64,000 nucleotides of DNA. Source: Dehalococcoidia bacterium. GTDB taxonomy: Bacteria; Chloroflexota; Dehalococcoidia; SM23-28-2; RBG-16-64-32. Location of the stretch: positions 1,312,001 to 1,376,000 of the forward strand of contig CAXXTF010000002.1 of NCBI GenBank assembly GCA_963665775.2, in the 5' to 3' direction. The number at the start of each line of letters is the position of its first letter. Positions within the stretch are counted from its first letter, which is position 1. The position numbers and the translations under genes are program-made. Positions 8,825-19,150 of this stretch are shown here, in pieces. Below the pieces are notes generated by a model. That model was not told the DNA's origin, ran no database searches, and worked only from the letters and a program-made list of their open reading frames with translations.

Positions 8825-10270
8825 CTAGACATAGGCGTCGGGACCAACCCGCTCAATGGCCGAACGCCCCTGGAAAGAGAACTTGCGGCCGTCGCCGTCG
8901 GGGAAGATCTTGCCCGGGTTGAGGCTCTCGCCGGCGCCGAAAGCGATCTTGAGACCGGCCATCACGGCCAGATCGTCCGGGGAGAATATCCAGGTCATGA
9001 ACTCGCGCTTCTCGTATCCCACACCGTGCTCGCCGGTTATGGTCCCGCCGGCGTCGACGCAGAGGCGCATGATCTCCTTCCCCAGCTCCAGGACACGTTC
9101 GGTAGCGCCGGGGACGGCCTCGTCGAACATGATGTTCGGGTGGAGGTTGCCGTCGCCCGCGTGAAAGACGTTGGCAACACGGAAGCCGAAGCGGTCGCAG
9201 GCCTCGTAAACGCCGCGGAGCACGGCGGGCAACCTGGTGCGGGGCACCACCCCATCCAGGATGTAGTAGGCGGGGGCGAGGCGGCCCAGGGCGCCCAGGG
9301 CCCCCTTGCGGCCAGCCCACAGCCGCTCCCGCTCCTCGGCGGCGAAGCCGATACTCAGCTCGCGAGCGCCCAGCTCCCGGCAAACGCCACGGACAGCCTC
9401 CGCCTGCTGGCGGGCCTCCTCTTCCAGCCCCTCAACCTCAATCAGGAGGACGGCGCCCGCGTCGGGCGGGTAGCCGGCATGGATGGCCGCCTCCACCGCC
9501 TCCATCGTAGCCTTGTCCATCATCTCCAGGGCGGCGGGAACGATGCCCTGACCAATGATGGCGGAGACAACCTCGGAGGCCTGGTCAACCTCGTCGAAGA
9601 TGGCCAGGAGAGTGATGGTGGACTCGGGCCGGTGAAGGAGACGGACGACGACCTTGGTGACGACGGCGAGTGTGCCCTCCGAGCCGACCACGACGCCGGT
9701 GAGGTCGTAGCCAGGCGGGTCGGCCGTCCTGCCGCCCAGCCAGTGGAGAACGCCGTCGGCTGTGACGACCTCCAGGCCGAGCACGTGGTTGGTGGTGACG
9801 CCGTAGCAGAGACAGTGTGGGCCGCCGGCGTTCTCGGCCACGTTGCCGCCGATGGTACAGGCCTTCTGGCTGGAGGGATCGGGGGCGTAATAGAGGCCAT
9901 GGGGGGCGGCGGCCTTAGAGATGTCCAGGTTGATTACGCCGGGCTCCACAACAGCGATGCGGTTCTCCGGGTCCACCTCCAGAATGCGGTTCATGCGGGC
10001 GGTGGCGATAACCACACCGCCGGCGCTGGGGACGGCGCCGCCCGAGACGCCGGTACCGGCACCCCTAGCGGTTACCGGTGCCCCGTGCCGGCGGGCGATG
10101 CGGACCACTGAGGCCACCTGCTGAGCGCTATTAGGCAGAACGACCGCCGCGGGCAGACCTCGCTCGATCGTCGCGTCATATTCGTAGACGATCAGGTCCT
10201 CGGGCGCGTGAACGACCCAGCGGCGGCCGACAGCGGCCTGGAGATCACGGACGAGCTTGCCTTGAGCCAC
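8825..10270 (-). CDS. glcD: Glycolate oxidase subunit GlcD-like FAD oxidoreductase
   Basis: PDPSSQKACTIGGNVAENAGGPHC, HAGDGNLHP, GEHGVG motifs; GTG start chosen (ORF extends to 10321). Confidence 0.88.
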   Translation of the reverse strand: MAQGKLVRDLQAAVGRRWVVHAPEDLIVYEYDATIERGLPAAVVLPNSAQQVASVVRIARRHGAPVTARGAGTGVSGGAVPSAGGVVIATARMNRILEVDPENRIAVVEPGVINLDISKAAAPHGLYYAPDPSSQKACTIGGNVAENAGGPHCLCYGVTTNHVLGLEVVTADGVLHWLGGRTADPPGYDLTGVVVGSEGTLAVVTKVVVRLLHRPESTITLLAIFDEVDQASEVVSAIIGQGIVPAALEMMDKATMEAVEAAIHAGYPPDAGAVLLIEVEGLEEEARQQAEAVRGVCRELGARELSIGFAAEERERLWAGRKGALGALGRLAPAYYILDGVVPRTRLPAVLRGVYEACDRFGFRVANVFHAGDGNLHPNIMFDEAVPGATERVLELGKEIMRLCVDAGGTITGEHGVGYEKREFMTWIFSPDDLAVMAGLKIAFGAGESLNPGKIFPDGDGRKFSFQGRSAIERVGPDAYV

Positions 10271-10438
10271 TAAGGATAAGTCTACCACCCACCCTATGAG
10301 CCGTACACTTGATCGCCCCACCCGGGGTTCAGACCAGCAGAAGGCCGGACGGCCGGGTGAACAACGATGCCGGGATCATCCCTTTCACCGGCTAGGGCGG
10401 CCAGCAGAACACGTACGCCAGCTGCTAACATAGACGCG

Positions 10439-10744
10439 ATGGCGCTGCGATTCCTGGAGGTCCGTCTACGACGAGAGCTGGCCAAGCTTGGCCATGAAGA
10501 GTTGATGGACGCCGCGGTGGGGAGCATCGGCCTGACCGACGACGGCAGCACCATCTACGTGCACCTGTTCCCGCATCCGGGCTGGCCGCACAAGGTGCGG
10601 GGCCAGGCCTACGTCTTGGCCTGGCAGGACTACGCCCAGGATCCGTCGCAGCGGCTGGACTGCTACCGCTGGCTTATCGGCGAGGCGAAGTTAAGCCTGC
10701 TGGACAACGCGGACGGCGTCGCGCGTTGGCTGGAGAGACGCTGA
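10439..10744 (+). CDS. Hypothetical protein, probably leaderless
   Basis: Coding-like composition from ATG 10439; TGCTAACAT -10-like element 7 bp upstream; no recognised family. Confidence 0.6.
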   Translation: MALRFLEVRLRRELAKLGHEELMDAAVGSIGLTDDGSTIYVHLFPHPGWPHKVRGQAYVLAWQDYAQDPSQRLDCYRWLIGEAKLSLLDNADGVARWLERR

Positions 10745-10871
10745 GCTTCTCGAAAGCGGAATGTCTACGGGTAAGCCGCCGCTGGGATATAATGGTGGCA
10801 TGCCCCGGCTAACGCCCGTGCCACAAGAGCCTCATTCGCCGCGCCAGGACCAAGCTAGAAGCGGATAAATA

Positions 10872-12074
10872 GTGCCGATAGGGAACGAGCTGCGACCCGA
10901 GACCGAGGAGCTTCTGGCCCAGGCCCTGGCCGAAGAAGAAGTGACCAGGCACGAGGCCCACCGCCTCATGCGCCTCCATGATAGCGAGCTGCCCGCCCTC
11001 ATGCGGACTGCCAGCCTCCTGCGTGACAGGCACAAACCTAACGTCGTCACCTACTCCCGCAAGATATTCGTTCCCCTCACCAACCTCTGCCGCGACATCT
11101 GCGGCTACTGCACCTTCGTTCGGCAACCGGGGGACCCCCTGGCCCACACCATGACCCCCGAGGAGGTCCTAGCCCTCGCCCGGGCCGGCCAGCAAGCCGG
11201 CTGCAAGGAGGCCTTGTTCAGCCTGGGAGACAAGCCCGAGCTCAAGTACCCGAGCCACCGTCGTTGGCTGCGGGACCGGGGCTACGACACCACCCTCGAC
11301 TACCTCCGGGATATGTGCGAGATGGTATTCCGGGAGACCGGCCTCCTTCCTCACGCCAATCCCGGCATCATGACCGCTGACGACATCGCCGCCCTCAAGG
11401 AGGTCAACGTCAGTATCGGCATCATGCTGGAGAGCGTCAGCGACCGTCTGCTCCGCCCGGGCGAAGCCCATCACCGCTGTCCGGACAAGCTCCCGAAGCA
11501 GCGGCTGGCCACCATCGAGGCTGCCGGCCGCCTCAAGGTCCCCTTCACCACGGGCATCCTGATCGGCATCGGTGAAACCCCGGAGGAGCGCGTGGACTCC
11601 CTGTTCGCCATCAGGGAGCTCCACCAGCGCTACGGCCACATCCAGGAGATCATCATCCAGAACTTCCGGGCCAAACCGGACATCTCCATGCGAGATCACC
11701 CCGAGCCAACCCTTCTGGAGATGCTACGGACTATCGCCACCGCCCGCCTCATCCTGGGCGGCAGCATAAACATCCAGGCGCCGCCCAACCTGGCACCGGA
11801 TTCCTATCCGCTCTACCTTCAGGCCGGCATCAACGACTGGGGCGGCGTCTCTCCCGTCACCCGCGACTGCATAAACCCCGAGGCGCCCTGGCCGCAGCTC
11901 CTCACCCTCCGCGAGATCACCGAAGGGGCGGGCTTCGAGCTAAGGGAGCGGTTGGCCCTATACCCGGAGTACGTGATACGGCGAAACGGCTTCATCCCTC
12001 AGGCGTTCAGCGAGCGCATCTTCGCGCTTACCGACGGCGAGGGGCTAGTAAAAAGGAAGGCCGAACAGTGGTGA
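10872..12074 (+). CDS. cofG: FO synthase subunit CofG (F420 biosynthesis)
   Basis: TYSRKIFVPLTNLCRDICGYCTF radical SAM motif; GINDWGGVSP; TATAAT at 10788-10793. Confidence 0.93.
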   Translation: MPIGNELRPETEELLAQALAEEEVTRHEAHRLMRLHDSELPALMRTASLLRDRHKPNVVTYSRKIFVPLTNLCRDICGYCTFVRQPGDPLAHTMTPEEVLALARAGQQAGCKEALFSLGDKPELKYPSHRRWLRDRGYDTTLDYLRDMCEMVFRETGLLPHANPGIMTADDIAALKEVNVSIGIMLESVSDRLLRPGEAHHRCPDKLPKQRLATIEAAGRLKVPFTTGILIGIGETPEERVDSLFAIRELHQRYGHIQEIIIQNFRAKPDISMRDHPEPTLLEMLRTIATARLILGGSINIQAPPNLAPDSYPLYLQAGINDWGGVSPVTRDCINPEAPWPQLLTLREITEGAGFELRERLALYPEYVIRRNGFIPQAFSERIFALTDGEGLVKRKAEQW

Positions 12075-13387
12075 AGGACTTCAACCCAGAGCTGCCGGCC
12101 CTCAGAGGGGCCCTGGACCAGCTTCTCGCCAACGTCGACGTTCAGGTCGCCCGCATCCTAGACCGCTCCCTCTCCGGTCAGGATATCAGCGCCGAGGAAG
12201 GGGCCCACCTGTTCGAGGCGCAGGGCGCCGACATCAACGCTATCGTCCTCGCCGCCGATGAGCTCCGTCGGCGCAGCGTGGGCGACCGCGTCACCTATAT
12301 CATCAACCGCAACATCAACTTCACCAACGTCTGCATCAAACGATGCGGCTTCTGCGCCTTCAGCCGCGGCCACCGCGAGGAGGAGGGCTACTATCTGCCG
12401 ATGTCGGAGGTCGTCCGCCGAGCCAGCGAGGCCTGGGAGCTGGGGGCCACCGAGGTGTGCATCCAGGCCGGCCTGCCGCCCAAGATGGAGGGCGACTACT
12501 ACATCGAACTCACCCGCGCCATCAAACGGGAGCTGCCGGAGATCCATGTCCACGGCTTTTCGCCGGAGGAGGTGCTCTACGGCGCCATCCGCTCCCGCTG
12601 CTCCATCGAGGAGTACCTCAAGGGGCTGAAAGAGGCGGGGGTAGGCAGCCTGCCCGGCACCTCCGCCGAGATCCTGGACGACGAGGTACGAGAGCAGATC
12701 TCCCCCGGCCGCATCAGCACGGCCCAGTGGGTGGAGGTCGTCACTACGGCCCACAGCCTGGGCATTCCCACGACCGCCACCATCATGTACGGCGCTGTCG
12801 AAAGCTCCCGCCATAAAGCGGCGCACATCGCCCTTCTCCGCGATATTCAGCGTCAGACCGGCGGCTTCACGGAGTTCGTGCCGCTGGGCTTCATCCACAC
12901 CGAGGCGCCCATGTATAACAAGGGACTCGTGGCCGACGTCCGCCCCGGTGCCACCGGCGCCGAGGTCGTGAAGATGTACGCCGTCTCCCGCATCATGCTC
13001 AACAGCTCGATCAAGAACCTGCAGGTATCCTGGGTCAAGGAAGGGCCGAAGCTGGCCCAGCTCTGCCTCAACGCTGGGGCCAACGACTTCATGGGCACGC
13101 TCATCAACGAGAGCATCTCCACCTCCGCCGGCGCCATCTACGGACAGTGCCTGAAGCCGAGGGAGATGAGACGCCTCATCCGCGACATGGGTCGCCTTCC
13201 CGCTGAGAGGACGACTACGTATGAGATACGCCGCTCCTTCCCCGCCGAGGCTGACGACCACGTCGATCCTCTGGACCTCATCGAGGAGAGCGCCGAGGAA
13301 AGGTTCGGCTCCTACGCCCAGCTCTCCCAGTCCCAGGACTTCCGCTTCCGTGACCACTATCCCCACCCTCTCACCGTGCGCCCGTAA
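12068..13387 (+). CDS. cofH: FO synthase subunit CofH
   Basis: NRNINFTNVCIKRCGFCAF, LPGTSAEILDDEVR, QVSWVK, GTLINESIS; adjacent to cofG. Confidence 0.93.
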   Translation: MVKDFNPELPALRGALDQLLANVDVQVARILDRSLSGQDISAEEGAHLFEAQGADINAIVLAADELRRRSVGDRVTYIINRNINFTNVCIKRCGFCAFSRGHREEEGYYLPMSEVVRRASEAWELGATEVCIQAGLPPKMEGDYYIELTRAIKRELPEIHVHGFSPEEVLYGAIRSRCSIEEYLKGLKEAGVGSLPGTSAEILDDEVREQISPGRISTAQWVEVVTTAHSLGIPTTATIMYGAVESSRHKAAHIALLRDIQRQTGGFTEFVPLGFIHTEAPMYNKGLVADVRPGATGAEVVKMYAVSRIMLNSSIKNLQVSWVKEGPKLAQLCLNAGANDFMGTLINESISTSAGAIYGQCLKPREMRRLIRDMGRLPAERTTTYEIRRSFPAEADDHVDPLDLIEESAEERFGSYAQLSQSQDFRFRDHYPHPLTVRP

Positions 13388-13503
13388 CCGTCCCATAAAT
13401 TGTAGCCGGGCCGTAGCCGGGCCTTCGCCTCACCCCCGCCCGCTCACGACCAGAGCCCAATCCTCTCTGGTATTCGTACCTTATAGGGGACACTAGTATA
13501 GCT

Positions 13504-14715
13504 ATGCGTCGTTTTCTCATCTCCTACCTCGCCCTTCTCGCCATCCTCGTCGCCGTCGCCGTGGGCGGCGGCCTGTACGTACTCCGCCAGACCGGCCCTT
13601 CCGGCTCTATCGAAGCGGCCGCCGATGCCCACGCCTACAACCTCCTCGGCTGGGAGATCCGCCACTTGCCCGGCAAGTGGCTCTACAAGCTGAGCCACCC
13701 GTTTGATGGCCGCGACCAGGCTCAGGAAGAGGAGACCCTCCGCCGCTACTTCGCCCTCACTCAAGAGATCGAGGAGCTGGAGCGCGATTCAGACGCCAAC
13801 GCTCCCAGGCTCCAGGAGGCCCGTGACGGGCGCGCCGACCTGGAGAACGAGGTGGAAGATATCCTGGAAGGCCGTATCACCGCCCTCCTGGAGGACCAGG
13901 GTCTGGTCATCAATCCTCCCCTCTTCTCCGAGCTGGACCTCGTCTTCCCGCCCGTGGACTTCGAGTTCGACTCTCCGCCCCGCGTGCTGGTTATCTCCCC
14001 CCGCGACAGAATAGACCTCGATCGCAGCTATCTCCTCACCCCCGGCCTCGATCTGAACACCATTATCGGCATCGAGATCGACTCTGAAGGCGCTAAGCTG
14101 GACGATGGTTCAGGGGTCTCGTCGGTGATACTCCAGACCGGCGGCGTCGCCACCTATCCCAGCGTCGTCAACGAGCTAGCCTCCTACCACTCCCTGATCC
14201 GGACCGTCATCCACGAATGGATACACCAGTACCTGGCCTTCTTCCCCTTGGGCCGCAGCTACTTCTCCTCCAACGAACTGCGCACCCTGAACGAGACGGC
14301 GGCCAACCTGGCCAGCCAGGAACTAGCCCGCTTGTTCGTCGACCGCTACGGCTCGCCCGCGCCGCCGCCGTCCACAACGGCCGCGCCCTCAAGCGACTTC
14401 AACTTCTTCTCCGAGATGCAGACCCTGCGGCTGCAAGTAGAGGCGTTGCTGGCCGAGGATCACGTCGAACAGGCGGAGGCGCTCATGGAGCAAAAGCGCC
14501 AGGAGTTCGAGGATCAGGGCGTGTACATCCGTCGCATCAACCAGGCCTATTTCGCCTTCCGAGGCTTCTATGCCGACTCCTCAGCCTCCATCGATCCTAT
14601 AGGCCCCAAGATGCGACAGCTACTCGAGACGGCCGGCTCCCCCGGCGAGTTCGTCCGCCTCGCCTCCGGTCTCACCAGCGAGGCCGACCTGGACCGCCTA
14701 CTCGCGGCTGGCTAA
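13504..14715 (+). CDS. Membrane-anchored putative zinc metallopeptidase
   Basis: N-terminal TM; HEWIH followed by NETAA (gluzincin-like HExxH...E). Confidence 0.55.
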   Translation: MRRFLISYLALLAILVAVAVGGGLYVLRQTGPSGSIEAAADAHAYNLLGWEIRHLPGKWLYKLSHPFDGRDQAQEEETLRRYFALTQEIEELERDSDANAPRLQEARDGRADLENEVEDILEGRITALLEDQGLVINPPLFSELDLVFPPVDFEFDSPPRVLVISPRDRIDLDRSYLLTPGLDLNTIIGIEIDSEGAKLDDGSGVSSVILQTGGVATYPSVVNELASYHSLIRTVIHEWIHQYLAFFPLGRSYFSSNELRTLNETAANLASQELARLFVDRYGSPAPPPSTTAAPSSDFNFFSEMQTLRLQVEALLAEDHVEQAEALMEQKRQEFEDQGVYIRRINQAYFAFRGFYADSSASIDPIGPKMRQLLETAGSPGEFVRLASGLTSEADLDRLLAAG

Positions 14716-14781
14716 CCCACGTACTGCCCAACGCTGGACGGTTGCGGGGATGTCCCTACGTTATCTAGATCTCGACGGCGG

Positions 14782-15423
14782 TCACTCACCCGCCGGCGAG
14801 TGACCCCCCGTATGAGCGTGGCTGTGGCGACTCTCCAGCTCCGCCCGATCCTTGGCCGTCCGGAGAAGCCCCTGGGTGATATCTTCCAGGTCCTCTAGCT
14901 CCTCCACCGACAGTTCGTCGATGCGCTGCAGATAGTAGTTGACCGTGTCGACGAGCTGGCGCTTGGGCCGGCGCCAGGTCAGCAGGAAGTAGGAGCTGAA
15001 GGCGGCGATCACGCTTCCGAAGAATAGGCCAACGCTGACCACGGTGTAGATAGACCCAACTATTCGCCCACCCACGGTCAGCAGCTCAACGTTGCTGTGT
15101 CCAACCGTGCTGAATGCTGACACCGCCCACCAAAGCCCTACCCAGTAGGACGTTACCTGCGAATCGTCGGCCGCCCGCTCAAGGAAGAAAATGGGGATGG
15201 GCGCCAGCGCAACCAGAAGCGCAAGGACAGCCATGACCGGCAGCACCGGCGTCTGAGTTAGGAGATCGGTGAAGAAGTCGAACGCCGCTACGAAGGGTCC
15301 GCCCACCCTCCGTTCGATGATCGGAAGGCGATGCCTGTGGCTCCGCATGCGCAGAACCCGGTCGCCCGGTTTGACCGTGCGGATCTCGCGCGGGTCAGCC
15401 CCCTGTCGTAGATCATCAGCCAT
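14782..15423 (-). CDS. 2-TM potassium-channel-family protein with atypical filter
   Basis: TM, pore helix GLWWAVSAFSTVGHSNV, GRIVG, TM. Confidence 0.75.
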   Translation of the reverse strand: MADDLRQGADPREIRTVKPGDRVLRMRSHRHRLPIIERRVGGPFVAAFDFFTDLLTQTPVLPVMAVLALLVALAPIPIFFLERAADDSQVTSYWVGLWWAVSAFSTVGHSNVELLTVGGRIVGSIYTVVSVGLFFGSVIAAFSSYFLLTWRRPKRQLVDTVNYYLQRIDELSVEELEDLEDITQGLLRTAKDRAELESRHSHAHTGGHSPAGE

Positions 15424-15574
15424 AGCAGCAGTCAGCCTTCCGCCTCATCTTACCCCCTGGGAGAACGTCAGGCACGGGGCCAACAGGCGTCGTACAACGA
15501 TTAACGACCGGATCCACCACAGCCGCAAACGGCGGCCCGGCCAGAGAGCGTCTGCTTCGCCTGACTGCCGGTGG

Positions 15575-18277
15575 TCATTCAGCCAAACCCCGACCGCTGC
15601 CTCGGCTAACGCCCTGTTCAGCTTCACGGTCACCGGCTTCGCCGGCGCCCTGCTCCGCCGATTCCTCACCTGGCTGCTCTTGCCCGCCCACCGGTATGAA
15701 CAGGATATCACCCGCCCCGACCTCGCTATCCTCGGTCAGACCGTTGGCCAAGAGCAACGCTGTCAGATCGACTCCAAACTGCTCGGCGATGCTGACCAGC
15801 GTGTCGCCGTCCTTAACCACATATAACGCTCGGGCCGGTTCCTCACCCGGCTGCTCTTGCCCGCCCACCGGTATGAACAGGATATCACCCGCCCCGACCT
15901 CGCTATCCTCGGTTAGACCGTTGGCCAAGAGCAACTCTGCCAGACCGACCCCAAACTGCGCGGCGATGCTGGCCAGCGTGTCGCCGTCCTTAAACACATA
16001 TATCGCTTGGGCCGGTGGCGTGGCCGTAGGATCGGGGGTCGGCGTTGGCGTCGCTCGGGGTGGGAATACGGGCACGCTGCCTTCGTACGGCGACCGGCAG
16101 GCACCGGGCTTCGTCGGGCCCACATTCAGGACGAAGAACTCCGTGCTCCCATCACTAGCGCTGCAGGTGCTGGTAACCACGCTGGCGGGAACGACAAATG
16201 ACCGCGGCGGCAGTTCCAGGTAGGCGTGGGCCTCCAACATGAAACTGTTCCACATGGGCCCCGCTCCATCACCGCTGAACGTCTTCTCAGCCATGGCCAC
16301 ATCGTCCGCGTTGCCCATCCACACCCCCACCGCCAGATCCCGCGTGTACCCCAATAGCAGGCTGTCCCGGAACTCCTGGCTGGTCCCCGTCTTGGTGGCC
16401 GCTGGCCGATCGATGGTCAACCGGCTCCAACGGATGGCGTCTTTGGACAGGATATCGGTGATCAGGTAGGCGTATGCCGGCTCCACGACCTGCCGCTCTT
16501 CCGGCGTCGTGTATTCGTAGATCAGGCTGCCGTTGGCATCCTCGATCCTCAGCACCGCCACGGGATCGAGATCCCGTAAGCCGTCCGGTAGATCCAGCAA
16601 GGTGGGCTGACCCTTCATCACGCCGGTATTGGCGAAGACGCTATAGGCGTAGGCCATATCCAGCAGCTTCACCTCGCAGGAGCCCAGGGTGATCGACCAG
16701 CTACAGTCGTCAAGCCGCCGGTCTGTGATCCCCATGCTGTACGCCGTCTTCCGCGCCTCATCGACCCCCACCTCGACCACCGTCGTCACCGCCGACACGT
16801 TGATCGACTGTGAAAGCGCCGTGCGGACGGTTATTTCCGGTGGGTCGTGATGGCTCAAATTCCAGTTCTCGACCTCGTGCGCTCGTCCCAGATCATCATC
16901 CAGCTCCAGCGGCTCGTCCAGGACGATGGTTGATGGCAGCCACCCCTGCTTAAACGCGGCCAGGTAGGTGAACACCTTCATCGTTGAGCCCTGAGACTGC
17001 AGAGAGGTGATAATGTCCACCTGGCCGTCGATATCCTCCCGGAAGAAGTCGCGGCTGCCTACGTAGGTCAGGATCTCGCCGGTCTCCGGCCGTATCGCCA
17101 CCAGGGCCCCGTTGTGGCCGCCGGTGGCCTCCTCGTTGGCGCTGATGACATCCTCCACGATCCGCTCGCCGATGCCCTGCAACTCCAGGTCTAGGCTGGT
17201 GACGATACGGAGCCCGCCTCGGATTACAACGTTGTCACAGGTGATTCCGTCCGAGGGCTCGAATATCCTCTGCTCGCACATAGTGGTGACCTGTTCCTCC
17301 ACGTATAGCACGAAGTGCGGAGCCCTAATCGTCAGGTTCGGATCAACGAACTCCAACTCTTCCCGCCTGGCAGCCTCAATCTCCGCCACCGTGATGGGCT
17401 GGCCCATATCGACTACCCAGGAGATCCTGTTGATCGTATCCAGGTGTTTAAGCATCAGGTCCAGGACATCGGATTGGCGAGCCTTGGCCCGCTCCAGATT
17501 CTCGGGCAGCGCCGGCGTGAACAGGCCGGGGGCCTGCGGGATACCCGCCAACATCGCCGCTTCGGCCAGGGTCAGGTTCGCGACGTTCTTGCCGAAGTAA
17601 CGCTGGGCCGCCGCTTCGGCGCCGATGGCGAAGTTGCCGTACGGTATCTGGTTCAGATACCACTCCAGGATCTGGTCGTTGTCGTAGGCGCGCTTGAGCT
17701 CCAGAGCGACTACCGCCTCCTTAATCTTCCGCTCGATCTTCCGGTTGATATCCTGATCGAACCGCTCCTCCGGAGTGAAATAGACGTTCTTCACCAGCTG
17801 CTGGGTGATGGAGCTGCCCCCGCTCCCCTCGCCGAACCCCTCTCCCCCCAGGGACTCCGGCAGGTTCGTGCGGAAGGCCCGCAGGAGTCCGTTCACGTTT
17901 AGCCCTGGGTTCTCGTAGAAGCTGGCGTCCTCCGTGGCTACCGTCGCCGCGATCAGATAGGGCGAGATATCAGCTATGGGTACCGGGTCCCGTAGCTCGC
18001 CCACCGGGTCGATGAACTCGAACAGGAACTCCCCATTACGGTCGTAGACCAGGCTAGTCCTGATGCTGGCCTCGCTGATCAGCTCCTGCGGCGACTTCAG
18101 GTCACTGGCGTACGACTGATACACCAGGAACCCAACTACAGCCGCAGCGATAACGCCAGAGAAAGCGAACAGGAAGATTAGGCCCAGCAGCATGCTCCAG
18201 CGCGACCGCGCAGTGCGGCCCCGCTGGATCTGAACCCGCCGGGCACGATTCCGCCTAAACCGGTATAAGCTGGACAC
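15575..18277 (-). CDS. Class A penicillin-binding protein (transglycosylase-transpeptidase) with two C-terminal LysM domains
   Basis: ATEDASFY, GGSSITQQLVKN, RKIKE, YLNQIPYG; STMK, SIN, KTGT; two YVxKDGDTLxSIAxQFGV LysM repeats. Confidence 0.9.
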   Translation of the reverse strand: MSSLYRFRRNRARRVQIQRGRTARSRWSMLLGLIFLFAFSGVIAAAVVGFLVYQSYASDLKSPQELISEASIRTSLVYDRNGEFLFEFIDPVGELRDPVPIADISPYLIAATVATEDASFYENPGLNVNGLLRAFRTNLPESLGGEGFGEGSGGSSITQQLVKNVYFTPEERFDQDINRKIERKIKEAVVALELKRAYDNDQILEWYLNQIPYGNFAIGAEAAAQRYFGKNVANLTLAEAAMLAGIPQAPGLFTPALPENLERAKARQSDVLDLMLKHLDTINRISWVVDMGQPITVAEIEAARREELEFVDPNLTIRAPHFVLYVEEQVTTMCEQRIFEPSDGITCDNVVIRGGLRIVTSLDLELQGIGERIVEDVISANEEATGGHNGALVAIRPETGEILTYVGSRDFFREDIDGQVDIITSLQSQGSTMKVFTYLAAFKQGWLPSTIVLDEPLELDDDLGRAHEVENWNLSHHDPPEITVRTALSQSINVSAVTTVVEVGVDEARKTAYSMGITDRRLDDCSWSITLGSCEVKLLDMAYAYSVFANTGVMKGQPTLLDLPDGLRDLDPVAVLRIEDANGSLIYEYTTPEERQVVEPAYAYLITDILSKDAIRWSRLTIDRPAATKTGTSQEFRDSLLLGYTRDLAVGVWMGNADDVAMAEKTFSGDGAGPMWNSFMLEAHAYLELPPRSFVVPASVVTSTCSASDGSTEFFVLNVGPTKPGACRSPYEGSVPVFPPRATPTPTPDPTATPPAQAIYVFKDGDTLASIAAQFGVGLAELLLANGLTEDSEVGAGDILFIPVGGQEQPGEEPARALYVVKDGDTLVSIAEQFGVDLTALLLANGLTEDSEVGAGDILFIPVGGQEQPGEESAEQGAGEAGDREAEQGVSRGSGRGLAE
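15662..16002. repeat. Near-identical LysM-coding duplication, 177-bp period
   Basis: 15662-15825 is nearly identical to 15839-16002. Confidence 0.9.
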
Positions 18278-18284
18278 AGATCGA

Positions 18285-19028
18285 TTAAACCTTCTCTAAT
18301 ACAACGAAGTGCGAGAGTCCGAAGATTCGCAACGGCGTTGTCTCCAGGGGATAGAGCAGCGCCCGCAGCGCCCGGCCCACCAACTTCCGTCGCGCCGCCA
18401 CATGGTCAAAGCCCGGAAAGACGTAGCTGTGCACCAGCGGCCGCAACCCGGCCCACCGGTACAGACGACGCAGCCTCCCCCTGGTGTAGGCCCGGGCGTG
18501 AGGCACCAGCCGCCCTCTGAGAATGTCCGGCAGGTAGTTCACCAGGGGCACGTTACCGAAAACATACCGCTTGCCGAGGAAGACCCCGTGCGTCTCAAAG
18601 GGATACAGACGGTTAGGGCAGAAGACCACAACCCGCCCTCCCGGCGCCAGCACCCGCCCCGCCTCGCGCAGCGTCCTCCGGTCGTCCGTCACGTGCTCCA
18701 GCACCTCGTGCAGCAGCACCACGTCGAACGACCGATCGGCGAAAGGTAGGTTCTCGCCGACGGCCAGCGCCAGGTTCGGCACCTCCTGGCCCCCCTGGGC
18801 CACCCACTCGGCGTCCACGTCCACGCCACACACCCGGGGCGAGAACTCACGCAGGCGCCTCACGAAGGCCCCCACCCCACAGCCGATGTCCAGGATGCGC
18901 CTATCCTCAAGGCTAACGTGGCTGCGCATCATCTCCAGCCGCCGCTCCAGCCCCCGCGTCCATATCTGGCTAGGATGCCCCAACCTTGCTCGTTTGTCTG
19001 CGGTTTGAACCGCCACCCTTCCGCTCAC
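18285..19028 (-). CDS. Class I SAM-dependent methyltransferase
   Basis: ILDIGCGVG, LPFADRSFDVV, VLEHV motifs. Confidence 0.85.
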   Translation of the reverse strand: MSGRVAVQTADKRARLGHPSQIWTRGLERRLEMMRSHVSLEDRRILDIGCGVGAFVRRLREFSPRVCGVDVDAEWVAQGGQEVPNLALAVGENLPFADRSFDVVLLHEVLEHVTDDRRTLREAGRVLAPGGRVVVFCPNRLYPFETHGVFLGKRYVFGNVPLVNYLPDILRGRLVPHARAYTRGRLRRLYRWAGLRPLVHSYVFPGFDHVAARRKLVGRALRALLYPLETTPLRIFGLSHFVVLEKV

Positions 19029-19114
19029 GGTACTCCCATGCTATCAACTGCAGCGTCTCTCGTTCCATCCCCTGCCCGGCCTCATCACCCCACTCTTCCT
19101 GTTAAACGTGCCGC

Positions 19115-19123
19115 TGATATAAT
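19115..19123 (+). promoter_or_regulatory. Extended -10 element for gatCA
   Basis: TGATATAAT upstream of AGGAGG RBS. Confidence 0.6.
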
Positions 19124-19150
19124 GGTTTCCGTTCAGACAGAGGAGGTGCT

